32,000 nucleotides of DNA from Ruminococcus albus 7 = DSM 20455 (GCF_000179635.2 NC_014833.1:180001-212000); one strand, 5' to 3'; positions 8,745 to 17,607 are shown, counted from the stretch's first letter. Numbers and translations: made by a program. The notes: generated by a model from the sequence alone, not told the origin.

Positions 8745-8778
8745 AAGCCCCGCATATCTTCGCAGATATGCGGGGCTT
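8745..8778 (-). terminator. 15-bp perfect hairpin downstream of tRNA-Arg (terminator of the metG/tRNA unit)
   Basis: AAGCCCCGCATATCT tcgc AGATATGCGGGGCTT. On the minus strand it is followed by TGCGTTTGC, a modest U-tract. Confidence 0.55.
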
Positions 8779-8785
8779 GTTTAAA

Positions 8786-8859
8786 TGCGCCCGACAGGAG
8801 TCGAACCTGCGGCCTTCAGAGTCGGAGTCTGACGCTCTATCCAGCTGAGCTACGGACGC
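8786..8859 (-). tRNA. tRNA-Arg (anticodon CCG)
   Basis: The reverse complement folds by hand into a 74-nt cloverleaf: acceptor GCGTCCG/CGGGCGC plus discriminator A, D arm GCTC-AGCTGGATA-GAGC, anticodon arm TCAGA-CU CCG AC-TCTGA, T arm GCAGG-TTCGACT-CCTGT. The 3' CCA is not encoded (followed by TTT). Confidence 0.9.
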
Positions 8860-8954
8860 GGAATTAGTGAAAAATGAATAGTATCGGTGCCGCCCAAGAC
8901 GTTTTTTGGAACGCGGGCGGATACCTTTTCTATTCTGTTATATGGTCATATTTT

Positions 8955-10910
8955 TTATCTCAGCTTAGCACCGTTAGGCAGTGTCTGGTCGGGGAATATC
9001 ACCCTTGCAGAACCGTCGGGAGCATCTGCTGCGCAGATCATTCCGTTGGATTCAACACCGCAGAGTGTAACAGGCTTCAGGTTTGCTACGATGATGACCT
9101 TCTTGCCGATAAGGTCTTCGGGCTTGTACCATGCAGCTATACCGCTGACTACCTGTCTGCCGCCGAAACCGTCATCAAGCTGTAAGCAAAGGAGCTTCTT
9201 GGACTTCTTTACCTTCTCACATTCCTTGACCTCTGCCACTCTCAGCTCGACCTTTGCAAAGTCATCAATTGTGATCTGCTCTGCAAGAGGTACAGGCTCG
9301 AATGCGTCAGCAGCTTCTTCAGCCGCAGCAGCTGCTGCCTGTGCAGCCATCTTAGCCTCAGCTTCCTCCATGAACTTAGCAGCGTCTATTCTTGCAAACA
9401 GCGGAACAGGATCGCCCACACTGCTGCCGACTTTCAGCCCGCCGAATTCGTTCAGGCTGTCAAAGCCCTTTACATCTGTGCCGATCTGAGTGAGTATCTT
9501 CTCGCTTGTCTCTGGCATGAATGCTTCGAGTATAACACCCAGGAAACGGATAGTTTCAAGCAGGTTGTAGAGAACTGTGGAAAGTCTGCCGAACTTGGCT
9601 TCGTCCTTGCCCAGTACCCACGGCTCTGTCTCGTCGATGTACTTGTTTGCACGTCTTGCCAGTGTCATTATAGCTTCCATAGCGTCAGCCATACGGTACT
9701 GGTCGATAAGGTCAGCCACCTTCTTGGGAGTTTCAACTGCAAGAGCGATAAGCTCGTCATCAACAGGCTCTTTCACCTCGGGCTGACGTATCTCACCGCC
9801 GAAATACTTCTTGGTCATGGCAACAGTTCTGTTCACCAGATTGCCCAGAGTATTTGCAAGGTCGGAATTGTATCTCTCGATAAGTGATTCGTAAGTTATT
9901 GAACCGTCACCGTTAAGACCCATCTCGCTAAGCAGATAGTATCTTGCGCCGTCAACACCAAAGGTATCCACAACTTCATCAGCATAGATAACGTTACCCT
10001 TGGACTTGCTCATCTTGTCCTCACCGAAGAGTATCCAGTTGTGACCGAAGAGCTTCTTGGGTATCTCAACGCCCAGTGCATGAAGCATGATAGGCCAGTA
10101 GATAGAATGGAATCTCATTATATCCTTGCCGATAACGTGGCAGTCGCAGGGCCAGTACTTCTTGAACTGCTCGCTGCTGCCGTCGGGATCATAGCCCAGT
10201 GCTGTAATATAGTTTGAAAGCGCATCTATCCATACGTAGATAACGTGCTTGGGGTCGAATGTAACAGGTATCGACCATGTGAAAGTTGTTCTCGAAACAC
10301 AGAGATCCTGAAGACCGGGCTTGATGAAGTTGTTGAGCATCTCCTTCTTGCGGCTCTCGGGAACGATGAAATCGGGATGTGTCTCGATGTAATCTTCCAG
10401 CCACTGCTGATACTTGGAAAGCTTCAGGAAGTATGCTTCCTCATGTGCGGGCTTTACTTCACGTCCGCAGTCGGGACATTTGCCGTCAACCAGCTGTGAC
10501 TGTGTCCAGAAGCTCTCGCAGGGTACGCAGTACATACCCTCGTAAGAACCCTTGTAGATATCGCCCTGCTCATAAAGCTTGTTGAATATCTTCTGAACTA
10601 CCTTTTCGTGCTGTTCATCGGTAGTTCTGATAAAGCCGTCGTAAGATATATTCATGCACTTGCAGATATCCTTTATCTCGCCTGCTACCTTGTCAACGTG
10701 CTCCTTGGGAGAGATACCCTCTTCCTTAGCAAGACCTTCTATCTTCATGCCATGCTCGTCCGTACCTGTGAGGAAGAAAACGTCATAGCCCTGCATCCTT
10801 TTGAAGCGGGCGATAGCGTCGGTGAATACGACCTCATAGGTGTTGCCTATATGGGGCTTTTTAGACGCATAAGCGATAGCTGTTGTTATATAAAATTTTT
10901 CCTTAGCCAT
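8955..10910 (-). CDS. metG: Methionine--tRNA ligase with a C-terminal tRNA-binding (EMAP/Trbp111-like) domain
   Basis: HIGH-type motif KKPHIGNTY, KMSKS motif present (DKMSKSKGN), Zn knuckle CVPCESF...CPDCG, an Ala-rich linker, then the C-terminal OB domain (...VVSGIAAWYKPEDLIGKKVIIVANLKP...). I prefer the start at 10910 (MAKEKFYITTAIAY) with a perfect AGGAGG RBS; the listed ORF begins 15 codons upstream. Confidence 0.95.
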   Translation of the reverse strand: MAKEKFYITTAIAYASKKPHIGNTYEVVFTDAIARFKRMQGYDVFFLTGTDEHGMKIEGLAKEEGISPKEHVDKVAGEIKDICKCMNISYDGFIRTTDEQHEKVVQKIFNKLYEQGDIYKGSYEGMYCVPCESFWTQSQLVDGKCPDCGREVKPAHEEAYFLKLSKYQQWLEDYIETHPDFIVPESRKKEMLNNFIKPGLQDLCVSRTTFTWSIPVTFDPKHVIYVWIDALSNYITALGYDPDGSSEQFKKYWPCDCHVIGKDIMRFHSIYWPIMLHALGVEIPKKLFGHNWILFGEDKMSKSKGNVIYADEVVDTFGVDGARYYLLSEMGLNGDGSITYESLIERYNSDLANTLGNLVNRTVAMTKKYFGGEIRQPEVKEPVDDELIALAVETPKKVADLIDQYRMADAMEAIMTLARRANKYIDETEPWVLGKDEAKFGRLSTVLYNLLETIRFLGVILEAFMPETSEKILTQIGTDVKGFDSLNEFGGLKVGSSVGDPVPLFARIDAAKFMEEAEAKMAAQAAAAAAEEAADAFEPVPLAEQITIDDFAKVELRVAEVKECEKVKKSKKLLCLQLDDGFGGRQVVSGIAAWYKPEDLIGKKVIIVANLKPVTLCGVESNGMICAADAPDGSARVIFPDQTLPNGAKLR

Positions 10911-10943
10911 AAAAAGACCTCCTGTCAAGAATGTCACTATACT

Positions 10944-10972
10944 ATTATACCACATAATAAAATCAATTGCAA
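10944..10972 (-). promoter_or_regulatory. sigma-A type promoter of metG
   Basis: On the minus strand: TTGCAA (10972-10967), 17-nt spacer ending in TGg, TATAAT (10949-10944). The predicted leader is only about 27 nt. Confidence 0.6.
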
Positions 10973-10982
10973 GCGTTTTTTG

Positions 10983-11023
10983 CCAAAAAAGAAGAGCTGC
11001 ACGATATGGTGATTCGTGCAGCT
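10983..11023 (-). terminator. Rho-independent terminator of the hexuronate operon
   Basis: Minus-strand AGCTGCACGA atcaccata TCGTGCAGCT followed by CTTCTTTTTTGG, immediately after the uxuB stop at 11030. Confidence 0.8.
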
Positions 11024-11029
11024 TTGTTG

Positions 11030-12634
11030 TTAGTCTTTGCCTACGGCTTCGCTGAGGGTTTTGCGTACAGCGCCTTTGCCTGCCAGCATTTTATCGAGGT
11101 AAGATATGATCTTATCCGCAAGACCAGCATTTACCAGATCGGTACCGAACAGGGTGCTGTTTTTCAGCACTTCACGTACTTTTATGCCATCGCATACGTT
11201 CCCGTACCATTCCTTGCGGACGGTCTTCTGCATATACTCCAGCATCGGGTCGGAACTCAGTTCCATAGCCTCGCCGTTATCGTCTGTACCGGTCAGGTAC
11301 CTGAACCATGCCGCTATAACCAGTGGTATAAGTTCAAGTGTTGAGGTATCGCCCTTTTCTTCATAAGCCTTTATCGTTTCACCGAAGCGTATAGCAAGCT
11401 TCTGGCTGGTATCGGTGGCTATCCTCTGTGGAGTATCTGGCAGGTTGCCGTTTGGCAGACGTTCTTCCAGCACTTCTCTTAGGAAATCCTCGGGACGGAT
11501 TATACCGGGGTCAACAACTACGGGAAGACCCTCGTTGTATCCAAGGCGGTATACCAGCTTTCTGAGGTCGGTGTCCTCCATTTCCTCGGCTATCTTTTTG
11601 TGACCCAGCAGACAGCCGAATATTGCAAGCGCCGTATGCAGGGGATTAAGGCAGGTCATTACCTTCATCTTCTCTGCGCGGTCAACGGTCACGCGGTCGG
11701 TCAGATATACTCCTGCCTTTTCAAGGGGCGGTCTGCCGTTCGGGAAATCGTCCTCTATCACGAGATACTGAGGCATCTCGGCATTTACGAAGGGGGCTAT
11801 GTAAGTTCCGCGGGCGGTCCTTACAGGCTGCATTCCCTCAATGCCCATAGCGGTCAGTTCATCGCATATACCGCTGTCGGGACGTGGAGTTATCTTGTCT
11901 ATCATAGACCATGGGAAGCTGACCTTGCCGCTTTCAAGATAAGTGATAAAGTCTTGGCTGACAAGACCATTTTCAGCCCATGCACAGGCTATGAACATCA
12001 CCCCTGCGCGCAGCTTGTCGCCGTTGCGGCTGCAGTTATCCATGCTGACCAAAGCCAGTGGCTTTTCGCCTGCTATGAACCTGAAATACAGCATAGCCGC
12101 GATAACAGCCATAGCAGAGTTCAGGCTGCCCTCGGGTCCTGCGCTTATATCCTCCTTCACAAATGGGAATACATCGCCGTTCATATCCTTTACAGCGTAG
12201 CCTTTTTCGGTGATGGTGAATGATATCATCTGCAGGGAACTGCTTTCGGCATATTTTTTAAGCTGACCGAAGCCTTCACCCTTAGCGCAGAGTGCGCCGC
12301 CGATACTGCCTATTACACGCAGATATCTATCGCCCTGAGCACGAAGTCCCACCAGCAGCACCAGATCATCGAATGGATCGTATATCTTCTCGATAGTCTC
12401 GGTATTAAAGCTGTCCACCGTGATAATGCCGCTTTCAGCCTCGCCTTTCTTTATCAGTTCGTCCTGAAGGCAGGCGATATATCCGCGGAATATATTGCCG
12501 CCGCCGAAGTGTATCCATGCAGGATGATCCAGCGTGCGCTTTTTTACAGCTTCCGTATCATATCCCGGCATTATGAAGCCCTTGTCTTCCCATGCCTGTT
12601 TGTTGTTGACTATGCTTTCCGTTGATAGCTTCAT
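11030..12634 (-). CDS. uxuB: Mannitol-dehydrogenase-family oxidoreductase, most likely fructuronate reductase (D-mannonate oxidoreductase)
   Basis: 534 aa. The N-terminal Rossmann-type segment WIHFGGGNIFRG and the overall long-chain mannitol dehydrogenase pattern are present. The substrate is assigned from operon context with uxuA/uxaC/kdgK/eda and is not proven by sequence. Confidence 0.75.
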   Translation of the reverse strand: MKLSTESIVNNKQAWEDKGFIMPGYDTEAVKKRTLDHPAWIHFGGGNIFRGYIACLQDELIKKGEAESGIITVDSFNTETIEKIYDPFDDLVLLVGLRAQGDRYLRVIGSIGGALCAKGEGFGQLKKYAESSSLQMISFTITEKGYAVKDMNGDVFPFVKEDISAGPEGSLNSAMAVIAAMLYFRFIAGEKPLALVSMDNCSRNGDKLRAGVMFIACAWAENGLVSQDFITYLESGKVSFPWSMIDKITPRPDSGICDELTAMGIEGMQPVRTARGTYIAPFVNAEMPQYLVIEDDFPNGRPPLEKAGVYLTDRVTVDRAEKMKVMTCLNPLHTALAIFGCLLGHKKIAEEMEDTDLRKLVYRLGYNEGLPVVVDPGIIRPEDFLREVLEERLPNGNLPDTPQRIATDTSQKLAIRFGETIKAYEEKGDTSTLELIPLVIAAWFRYLTGTDDNGEAMELSSDPMLEYMQKTVRKEWYGNVCDGIKVREVLKNSTLFGTDLVNAGLADKIISYLDKMLAGKGAVRKTLSEAVGKD

Positions 12635-12644
12635 GATGATCTCC

Positions 12645-13652
12645 TTATCTTTGTACCTGCGCTGAACCGCTGCCGAATGCCAGTGCTTTTACTTCATCTG
12701 CGCTTATGATGTTGCAATCGCCTTCCACCGAGAGTTTAAGACAGCTTGCAGCAGCTGCGAAATCAACTGCAGCCTGTGTGTCCATACCCTCACCGAGTGC
12801 ATATATCAGCCCTGCAGCAAAGCTGTCGCCGCCGCCTACACGGTCAACGATCAGCGAACGGTATTCGCGGCTGAAACAGTGGTTTGTACCATCGTACAGC
12901 AGTGCAGCCCATTTGTTCTCATCGGATGAAAGTGTAGTCCTCAGGGTTATTGCGACTTTCTTGAAGCCGAATCGTTCTTTCAGTTTTTCGGCTACAGCTT
13001 TGTACGCTTCATAGTCGCTGTCATCGCTGGCATTGGTCGGTATGCCGAATAGTTCCTCCGCCTGATCTCGTCCGCCGATGTATACGTCTGTATACGACAG
13101 TATACCGGCCATGACCTTTCCTGCGGTTTCTTTATCCCACAGCTTGCGGCGGAAGTTTATATCGCAGCTGACTGTTACGCCCAGCTTTTTCGCAGTCTTA
13201 ACAGCTTCAAGCGAAGCCTTTGCACACTCTGCCGAAAGGGCGGGAGTTATACCTGTTATGTGGAACCAGTCAGTCCCCGAAAGCAGCCTTTCCCAGTCGA
13301 ATTCTTCTGCCTTGGATGCCGCTATGGATGAACCTGCCCTGTCGTATATCACCTTTGAGGGACGCTGTGCAGCACCCTTCTCCAGGTAGTATATACCTAT
13401 CCTGTCACCGCCACGGAGTATCTCGGAGGTATCGACACCGTACTGACGCAGTGTGTTTATGGCTGCCTGACCTATTTCATGGTCGGGGAGCTTTGTGACG
13501 AATTTGGTATCACACCCGAACTGTGCCAGTGATACAGCGGTATTTGCTTCTCCGCCGCCGTATACCGCTTCAAAGCTGTCTGCCTGCAAAAAACGTCTGT
13601 GTTCCACAGGAGATAGCCTTAGCAGCATCTCACCGAAAGTTACAAATCTCAT
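12645..13652 (-). CDS. kdgK: 2-dehydro-3-deoxygluconokinase (PfkB family)
   Basis: The N-terminus MRFVTFGEMLLRLSP...GGGEANTAVSLAQFG and the C-terminal PfkB signature DRVGGGDSFAAGLIY match. Confidence 0.9.
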   Translation of the reverse strand: MRFVTFGEMLLRLSPVEHRRFLQADSFEAVYGGGEANTAVSLAQFGCDTKFVTKLPDHEIGQAAINTLRQYGVDTSEILRGGDRIGIYYLEKGAAQRPSKVIYDRAGSSIAASKAEEFDWERLLSGTDWFHITGITPALSAECAKASLEAVKTAKKLGVTVSCDINFRRKLWDKETAGKVMAGILSYTDVYIGGRDQAEELFGIPTNASDDSDYEAYKAVAEKLKERFGFKKVAITLRTTLSSDENKWAALLYDGTNHCFSREYRSLIVDRVGGGDSFAAGLIYALGEGMDTQAAVDFAAAASCLKLSVEGDCNIISADEVKALAFGSGSAQVQR

Positions 13653-13656
13653 GCTG

Positions 13657-14409
13657 TCACCCCCGTATTATACTTATGCCTGTGCCGATATGACCTCTGC
13701 GTGCCATGTGGTATAAAGTTCTTTCGGGCTTTTTGGCAGCAAATACGCTTGCACCCTCTTCATCTGTACCGACATACCTTACTTTCAGCATAATGTCCAC
13801 AGCTGATTCGGTCGCCTTGCGTACAGCTTCAAAATCCCCTGCGGCTATCCATGCCTTGTTCACCATGAAGCTTCCGCCGCAGGCTATGACCTCAGGGGCA
13901 TCAAGGTATTCCCCGATGTTCTTTGTATTCAGTCCGCCTGTAGGCATGAACTTCACTCCGCCGAAGGGCGCAGCCATCGCCTTTATCATGGCAAGTCCGC
14001 CTGCCTGTTCCGCAGGGAAGAATTTAACCTCTGTAAGTCCTATAGCAACTGCCTTTCCAAGTTCCGAGGGCGTAGCTATGCCCGGCAGTACGGTGACGTT
14101 CCTTTCAAGGCAGAGCTTTACTACCGCTTCATCAAAATTCGGTGAAACGATGAACTTCGCACCTGCCGCAAGTGCATCCTCAGCCTGTTTTACTGTCAGC
14201 ACTGTGCCGGCACCGACTATCATTTCGGGGAAAGCTTTGCACATAGCCGCGATAGCATCCTTAGCCGCCGCTGTGCGGAAAGTTACCTCAGCCGCAGGCA
14301 GACCGCCCTCGCATAAAGCTTTTGCCAGCGGTACAGCTTTTTCGGCATCCTCTATCACAACCACGGGGATTATTCCTATTTTACCAAGTTCTTCCAACAT
14401 CTTATCCAT
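13657..14409 (-). CDS. eda: KDPG / KHG aldolase with an atypical ~43-aa C-terminal extension
   Basis: EVTFRT (Glu) and VKFFPA (Schiff-base Lys) motifs and GGL..N near the C-terminus match class I Eda aldolases. The canonical domain appears to end near aa 207, but the ORF continues to aa 250. Confidence 0.9.
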   Translation of the reverse strand: MDKMLEELGKIGIIPVVVIEDAEKAVPLAKALCEGGLPAAEVTFRTAAAKDAIAAMCKAFPEMIVGAGTVLTVKQAEDALAAGAKFIVSPNFDEAVVKLCLERNVTVLPGIATPSELGKAVAIGLTEVKFFPAEQAGGLAMIKAMAAPFGGVKFMPTGGLNTKNIGEYLDAPEVIACGGSFMVNKAWIAAGDFEAVRKATESAVDIMLKVRYVGTDEEGASVFAAKKPERTLYHMARRGHIGTGISIIRG

Positions 14410-14456
14410 ATATCATGTACCTCTTTTATGATCTTTGCTATGAATGATGATTCGTT

Positions 14457-15872
14457 TTATCCCAGCCCGAAGAACTTCAGGGCATTGTTGAAGCTGATAT
14501 TTCTAACGATCTCACCAAGGTTTTCTTCGTCCGGGTACAGTTCGCCGTCAGCGCAAAGCCTGCCTATGTATGCGCATAGTATACGTCTGAAATATTCGTG
14601 CCTTGTGTACGAAAGCATACAGCGTGAATCCGTCAGCATACCGATGAAATTCCCGAGTACGCCTTGTTCGCACAAACTTCGCAGATGATCTTTCATGCCG
14701 CCAAGATTATCATTGAACCACCATGCCGCGCCGTGCTGAACTTTCCCGTATACTCCCTCATCATTGAAGCATTTTGCCAGTACATCAATAGCGGTGTTCA
14801 TTGTAGGGTCAAGGCTGTAAAGTACTGTTCTGGGAAGATCATCGGTCTTGTCAAGTTCATCAAGAAAAGCCGCAAGGCTCTCTATGGGCGCATCACTGTG
14901 TATGCGGCCGAATCCCGCATCTCTGCCAACGGATCTGAACATACGGGTATTGGAGTTTCTTGCCACCCCGAAATGCAGCTGCATGACCCAGCCGTGACGG
15001 CGGTATTCCTTTCCGAGGAACAGCATGATCTCGGTAATAAATCCAAGACGTTCTTCCTCGGTGAGGTCTTCATTTGCCATGCCCTTGCGGAAAATGTGCT
15101 CGCATTCGGTCGCATCTGTTGGTATGCAGGGGAACATCACCGTACTCTGATCGCTGCTTTTGCATCCCATGCTTGTAAAGAAATCTATCCTCGCTGACAG
15201 AGCTTTTTTCAAGTCCTCAAAGCTGTTCACCTCAACGTCTGCAGCTTTTCCCAGTGCACGTACATAATCGGCAAAACCGCTGTCTTCTATAAGCAGCACC
15301 TTGTCGGGTCGGAATGTGGGTATGACTTTGCATCCGAGCGCTTTGTCCTCGGCTATCACTTTATGCCAACGCAGGTCGTCGCATGGATCGTCCGTTGTAC
15401 CTATGACTTTTACCTTAGACATACGTATTATCTTCTTTGCCGAGAGTTCTCCGCTGTGAAGTTTCTTGTTGCACATATCGAATATTTCATCTGCGTTACT
15501 TTCGTTTATGGCAAGTCTGCAATCGAAGTACCTCTGCAGTTCCAGATAGCTCCAGTGATACAGCGGGCTTCCCACAGCCTGCGAAAGGGTTCTGCACCAC
15601 AGCATGAAACGCTTGCAGCTGTCCTCTTTGCCTGTTATGTATTTCTCGGCTATGCCGCACTGACGCATGGCACGCCACTTGTAGTGGTCGCCCCCAAGCC
15701 ATAGTTCGGTGATGCTGTCGAAGTTTTTGTCCTCTGCGATATCCTTTGGGTCGATATGGCAGTGGTAGTCGATTATAGGCATATCCTCAGCATACTTGTG
15801 GAAGAGTATACGTGCTTCTTCGGTATCGAGAAGAAAATCTTTATCCATAAATGGTCGTTTTGCGTTTTCCAT
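14457..15872 (-). CDS. uxaC: Glucuronate isomerase
   Basis: PFMDKDFLLDTEEARILFHKYAEDMPIIDYHCHIDPKDIAEDKNF closely parallels the N-terminus of UxaC. 471 aa. RBS GGAAGG lies 6 nt upstream of the ATG. Confidence 0.95.
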   Translation of the reverse strand: MENAKRPFMDKDFLLDTEEARILFHKYAEDMPIIDYHCHIDPKDIAEDKNFDSITELWLGGDHYKWRAMRQCGIAEKYITGKEDSCKRFMLWCRTLSQAVGSPLYHWSYLELQRYFDCRLAINESNADEIFDMCNKKLHSGELSAKKIIRMSKVKVIGTTDDPCDDLRWHKVIAEDKALGCKVIPTFRPDKVLLIEDSGFADYVRALGKAADVEVNSFEDLKKALSARIDFFTSMGCKSSDQSTVMFPCIPTDATECEHIFRKGMANEDLTEEERLGFITEIMLFLGKEYRRHGWVMQLHFGVARNSNTRMFRSVGRDAGFGRIHSDAPIESLAAFLDELDKTDDLPRTVLYSLDPTMNTAIDVLAKCFNDEGVYGKVQHGAAWWFNDNLGGMKDHLRSLCEQGVLGNFIGMLTDSRCMLSYTRHEYFRRILCAYIGRLCADGELYPDEENLGEIVRNISFNNALKFFGLG

Positions 15873-15939
15873 AAAATACCTTCCTGTATCATTTAAGGCA
15901 GGGTGTCCCGCATAAGATACGGAACACCCGATTCATTGA

Positions 15940-17007
15940 TTATTTTCCGTCCAGCTTGTCCAGCATATCCCATACACCCAGTATGTACATTATGCCCAGT
16001 GCCCTGTCATAAAGACCATATCCCGGACGGCATTTTTCATCCCAGATGTGTCTGCCGTGGTCAGGGCGGATATATCCGTCAAATCCGCCGTCGTGGTAGG
16101 CTTTTATGATATCCAGTATACCCACATCACCGTCGCAGTCGCGGTGGGATGTTTCGCTGAAATCACCGTTGTCAAAATGCTTCACGTTGCGTATGTGTGC
16201 GAATGCTATGCGGTCGCAGTGCTTTCGCACGATGTCAGCTACATTGTTATCCGGGTTTGAACCCAGTGAACCCGAACACAGTGTCAGGCAGTTATAGGGA
16301 TCGTCTACCATATCAAGGAAACGGTCTACTGCAGCTTCATCGGTCAGCAGACGTGGCAGCCCGAAGATATCCCAGGGCGGATCGTCGGGGTGTATAGCCA
16401 TTTTGATATCACACTCGTGACATACAGGCATAAGCTCTTCAAGGAAGTATTTCAGGTTTGCCCATAGAGTCTCCTTGTCAACATTCTTGTAAAGTGCAAA
16501 AAGCTCTTTCAGATTTGCCAGTCTTTCGGGTTCCCAGCCGGGCATGGTATATCCTTTTGTTTCCTTGAGGATGTATGCTGCCATTTCCTCGGGATCCTGT
16601 TTTATCTTGCTTTTTTCGTAATATAGCGCAGTTGAACCGTCGGGCAGGGGGTGAAAAAGATCCGTCCTCGTCCAGTCAAAAACAGGCATGAAATTATAGC
16701 AGACTACCTTAACGCCGAAATCCTTGAGATTGCGGAGAGTCTGCTTGTAGTTCTCTATATAAAGATCCCTGTTCTTGCCTGCGGTCTTTATATCATCGTG
16801 AACGTTCACGGATTCTACCACGCTCATGCCGAAACCGTACTTGTCCAGTTCGTCCTTGACAGCCTGTATCTCGTCTTTTTCCCAGACTTCGCCTGGCTGC
16901 TTTTCATGCAGTGCCCAGACTATCTCGCTGACACCGGGTATCTGACGTATCTGCGAAAGAGTGATGCTGTCATTGCCTGTGCCGTACCAGCGGAATGACA
17001 TTTTCAT
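15940..17007 (-). CDS. uxuA: Mannonate dehydratase
   Basis: MKMSFRWYG...ITLSQIRQIPGV is the canonical UxuA N-terminus. I prefer the ATG at 17007 (RBS GGGAGGAA, 7-nt spacing) over the listed start at 17025. Confidence 0.95.
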   Translation of the reverse strand: MKMSFRWYGTGNDSITLSQIRQIPGVSEIVWALHEKQPGEVWEKDEIQAVKDELDKYGFGMSVVESVNVHDDIKTAGKNRDLYIENYKQTLRNLKDFGVKVVCYNFMPVFDWTRTDLFHPLPDGSTALYYEKSKIKQDPEEMAAYILKETKGYTMPGWEPERLANLKELFALYKNVDKETLWANLKYFLEELMPVCHECDIKMAIHPDDPPWDIFGLPRLLTDEAAVDRFLDMVDDPYNCLTLCSGSLGSNPDNNVADIVRKHCDRIAFAHIRNVKHFDNGDFSETSHRDCDGDVGILDIIKAYHDGGFDGYIRPDHGRHIWDEKCRPGYGLYDRALGIMYILGVWDMLDKLDGK

Positions 17008-17039
17008 GTGCGTTCCTCCCATCATTATTATTTATCTGT

Positions 17040-17068
17040 ATTATACTACACTTATGTTGCGCTTTCAA
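17040..17068 (-). promoter_or_regulatory. sigma-A type promoter of the uxuA-uxaC-eda-kdgK-uxuB operon
   Basis: On the minus strand: TTGAAA (17068-17063), 17-nt spacer, TATAAT (17045-17040). Confidence 0.55.
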
Positions 17069-17317
17069 GTGAAGTTTAGCTTTTTGTACAGATGCACGAT
17101 GACGCCCATAAAACCGATGTTATGGGATGTAATCGACTACTATGGGGAAATGAACTTACCGATTATTGCGTTTCTGATTAAAGGTTAATTTCGCTGCTAA
17201 TATTACCGAGATAAAAATTACTTATGTTGTTTGTTAAATTTACTGTACTGATATCCTTGCATAATGATTTATCTTAAAGGCGGCTGATCCTGCACAGTAA
17301 ATGGCATAAATGCAAAA

Positions 17318-17349
17318 GCGGCTGTGACGGTATATCCGCCGCAGCCGCT
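17318..17349 (-). terminator. Hairpin terminator downstream of the DUF1858 gene
   Basis: GCGGCTGTGACGG tatat CCGCCGCAGCCGC forms a 13-bp stem with one wobble and one mismatch. It is flanked by TTTTGCATTT on the minus strand and TTTGTTTAGTTTT on the plus strand. Confidence 0.65.
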
Positions 17350-17366
17350 TTGTTTAGTTTTCAGTA

Positions 17367-17576
17367 TCAAGCCTTGGCAGCAAAGTGTGCGTTGAGCTTT
17401 TCAACCAGTGCATCGGGGTCTGTGCCGTGTACAGCGCAAGCCTCTTCGATAGTTTCGCCTCTGGATGCGGGACAGCCAAGACAATGCATTCCTATTTCGA
17501 GAAACAGGGGTGCAACATCAAAATCTGTATCGAGGATATCGCCGATAACAGTATCCTTAGTAACTGAATATGCCAT
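17367..17576 (-). CDS. DUF1858 / hybrid-cluster-protein-associated redox disulfide domain protein (69 aa)
   Basis: MAYSVTKDTVIGDIL...FLEIGMHCLGCPASRGETIEEACAVHG.DPDALVEKLN shows the MHCLGCP motif and the length typical of this family. RBS AAGGAGG. The listed ORF starts 25 codons too early. Confidence 0.8.
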   Translation of the reverse strand: MAYSVTKDTVIGDILDTDFDVAPLFLEIGMHCLGCPASRGETIEEACAVHGTDPDALVEKLNAHFAAKA

Positions 17577-17607
17577 TTGAAATTCCTCCTTTTCGGTCGT
17601 TTGATAC

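Noticed and set aside
10911-11029. T-box or other riboswitch upstream of metG.
   Set aside because: The 119-nt gap is fully accounted for by the uxuB terminator (10983-11023), the metG promoter (10944-10972) and a leader of about 27 nt. No specifier or antiterminator structure can fit.
13706-14431. 241-aa plus-strand ORF antisense to eda. Similar long antisense ORFs occur at 8887-9489, 11600-12223, 7643-8272, 24989-25516 and 26256-27029.
   Set aside because: Each lies entirely inside a confidently identified gene on the other strand. Their composition is Ser/Ala/Pro/Thr-rich or Cys/Ile/Val-rich low complexity, typical of shadow frames. They have no RBS and no recognisable motifs.
17049-17071. 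CACTT...AAGTG inverted repeat overlapping the uxu promoter, as a possible UxuR/KdgR operator.
   Set aside because: Its arms are only 5 bp, separated by 13 nt, with no resemblance I can verify to known hexuronate regulator boxes. It is too weak to call.
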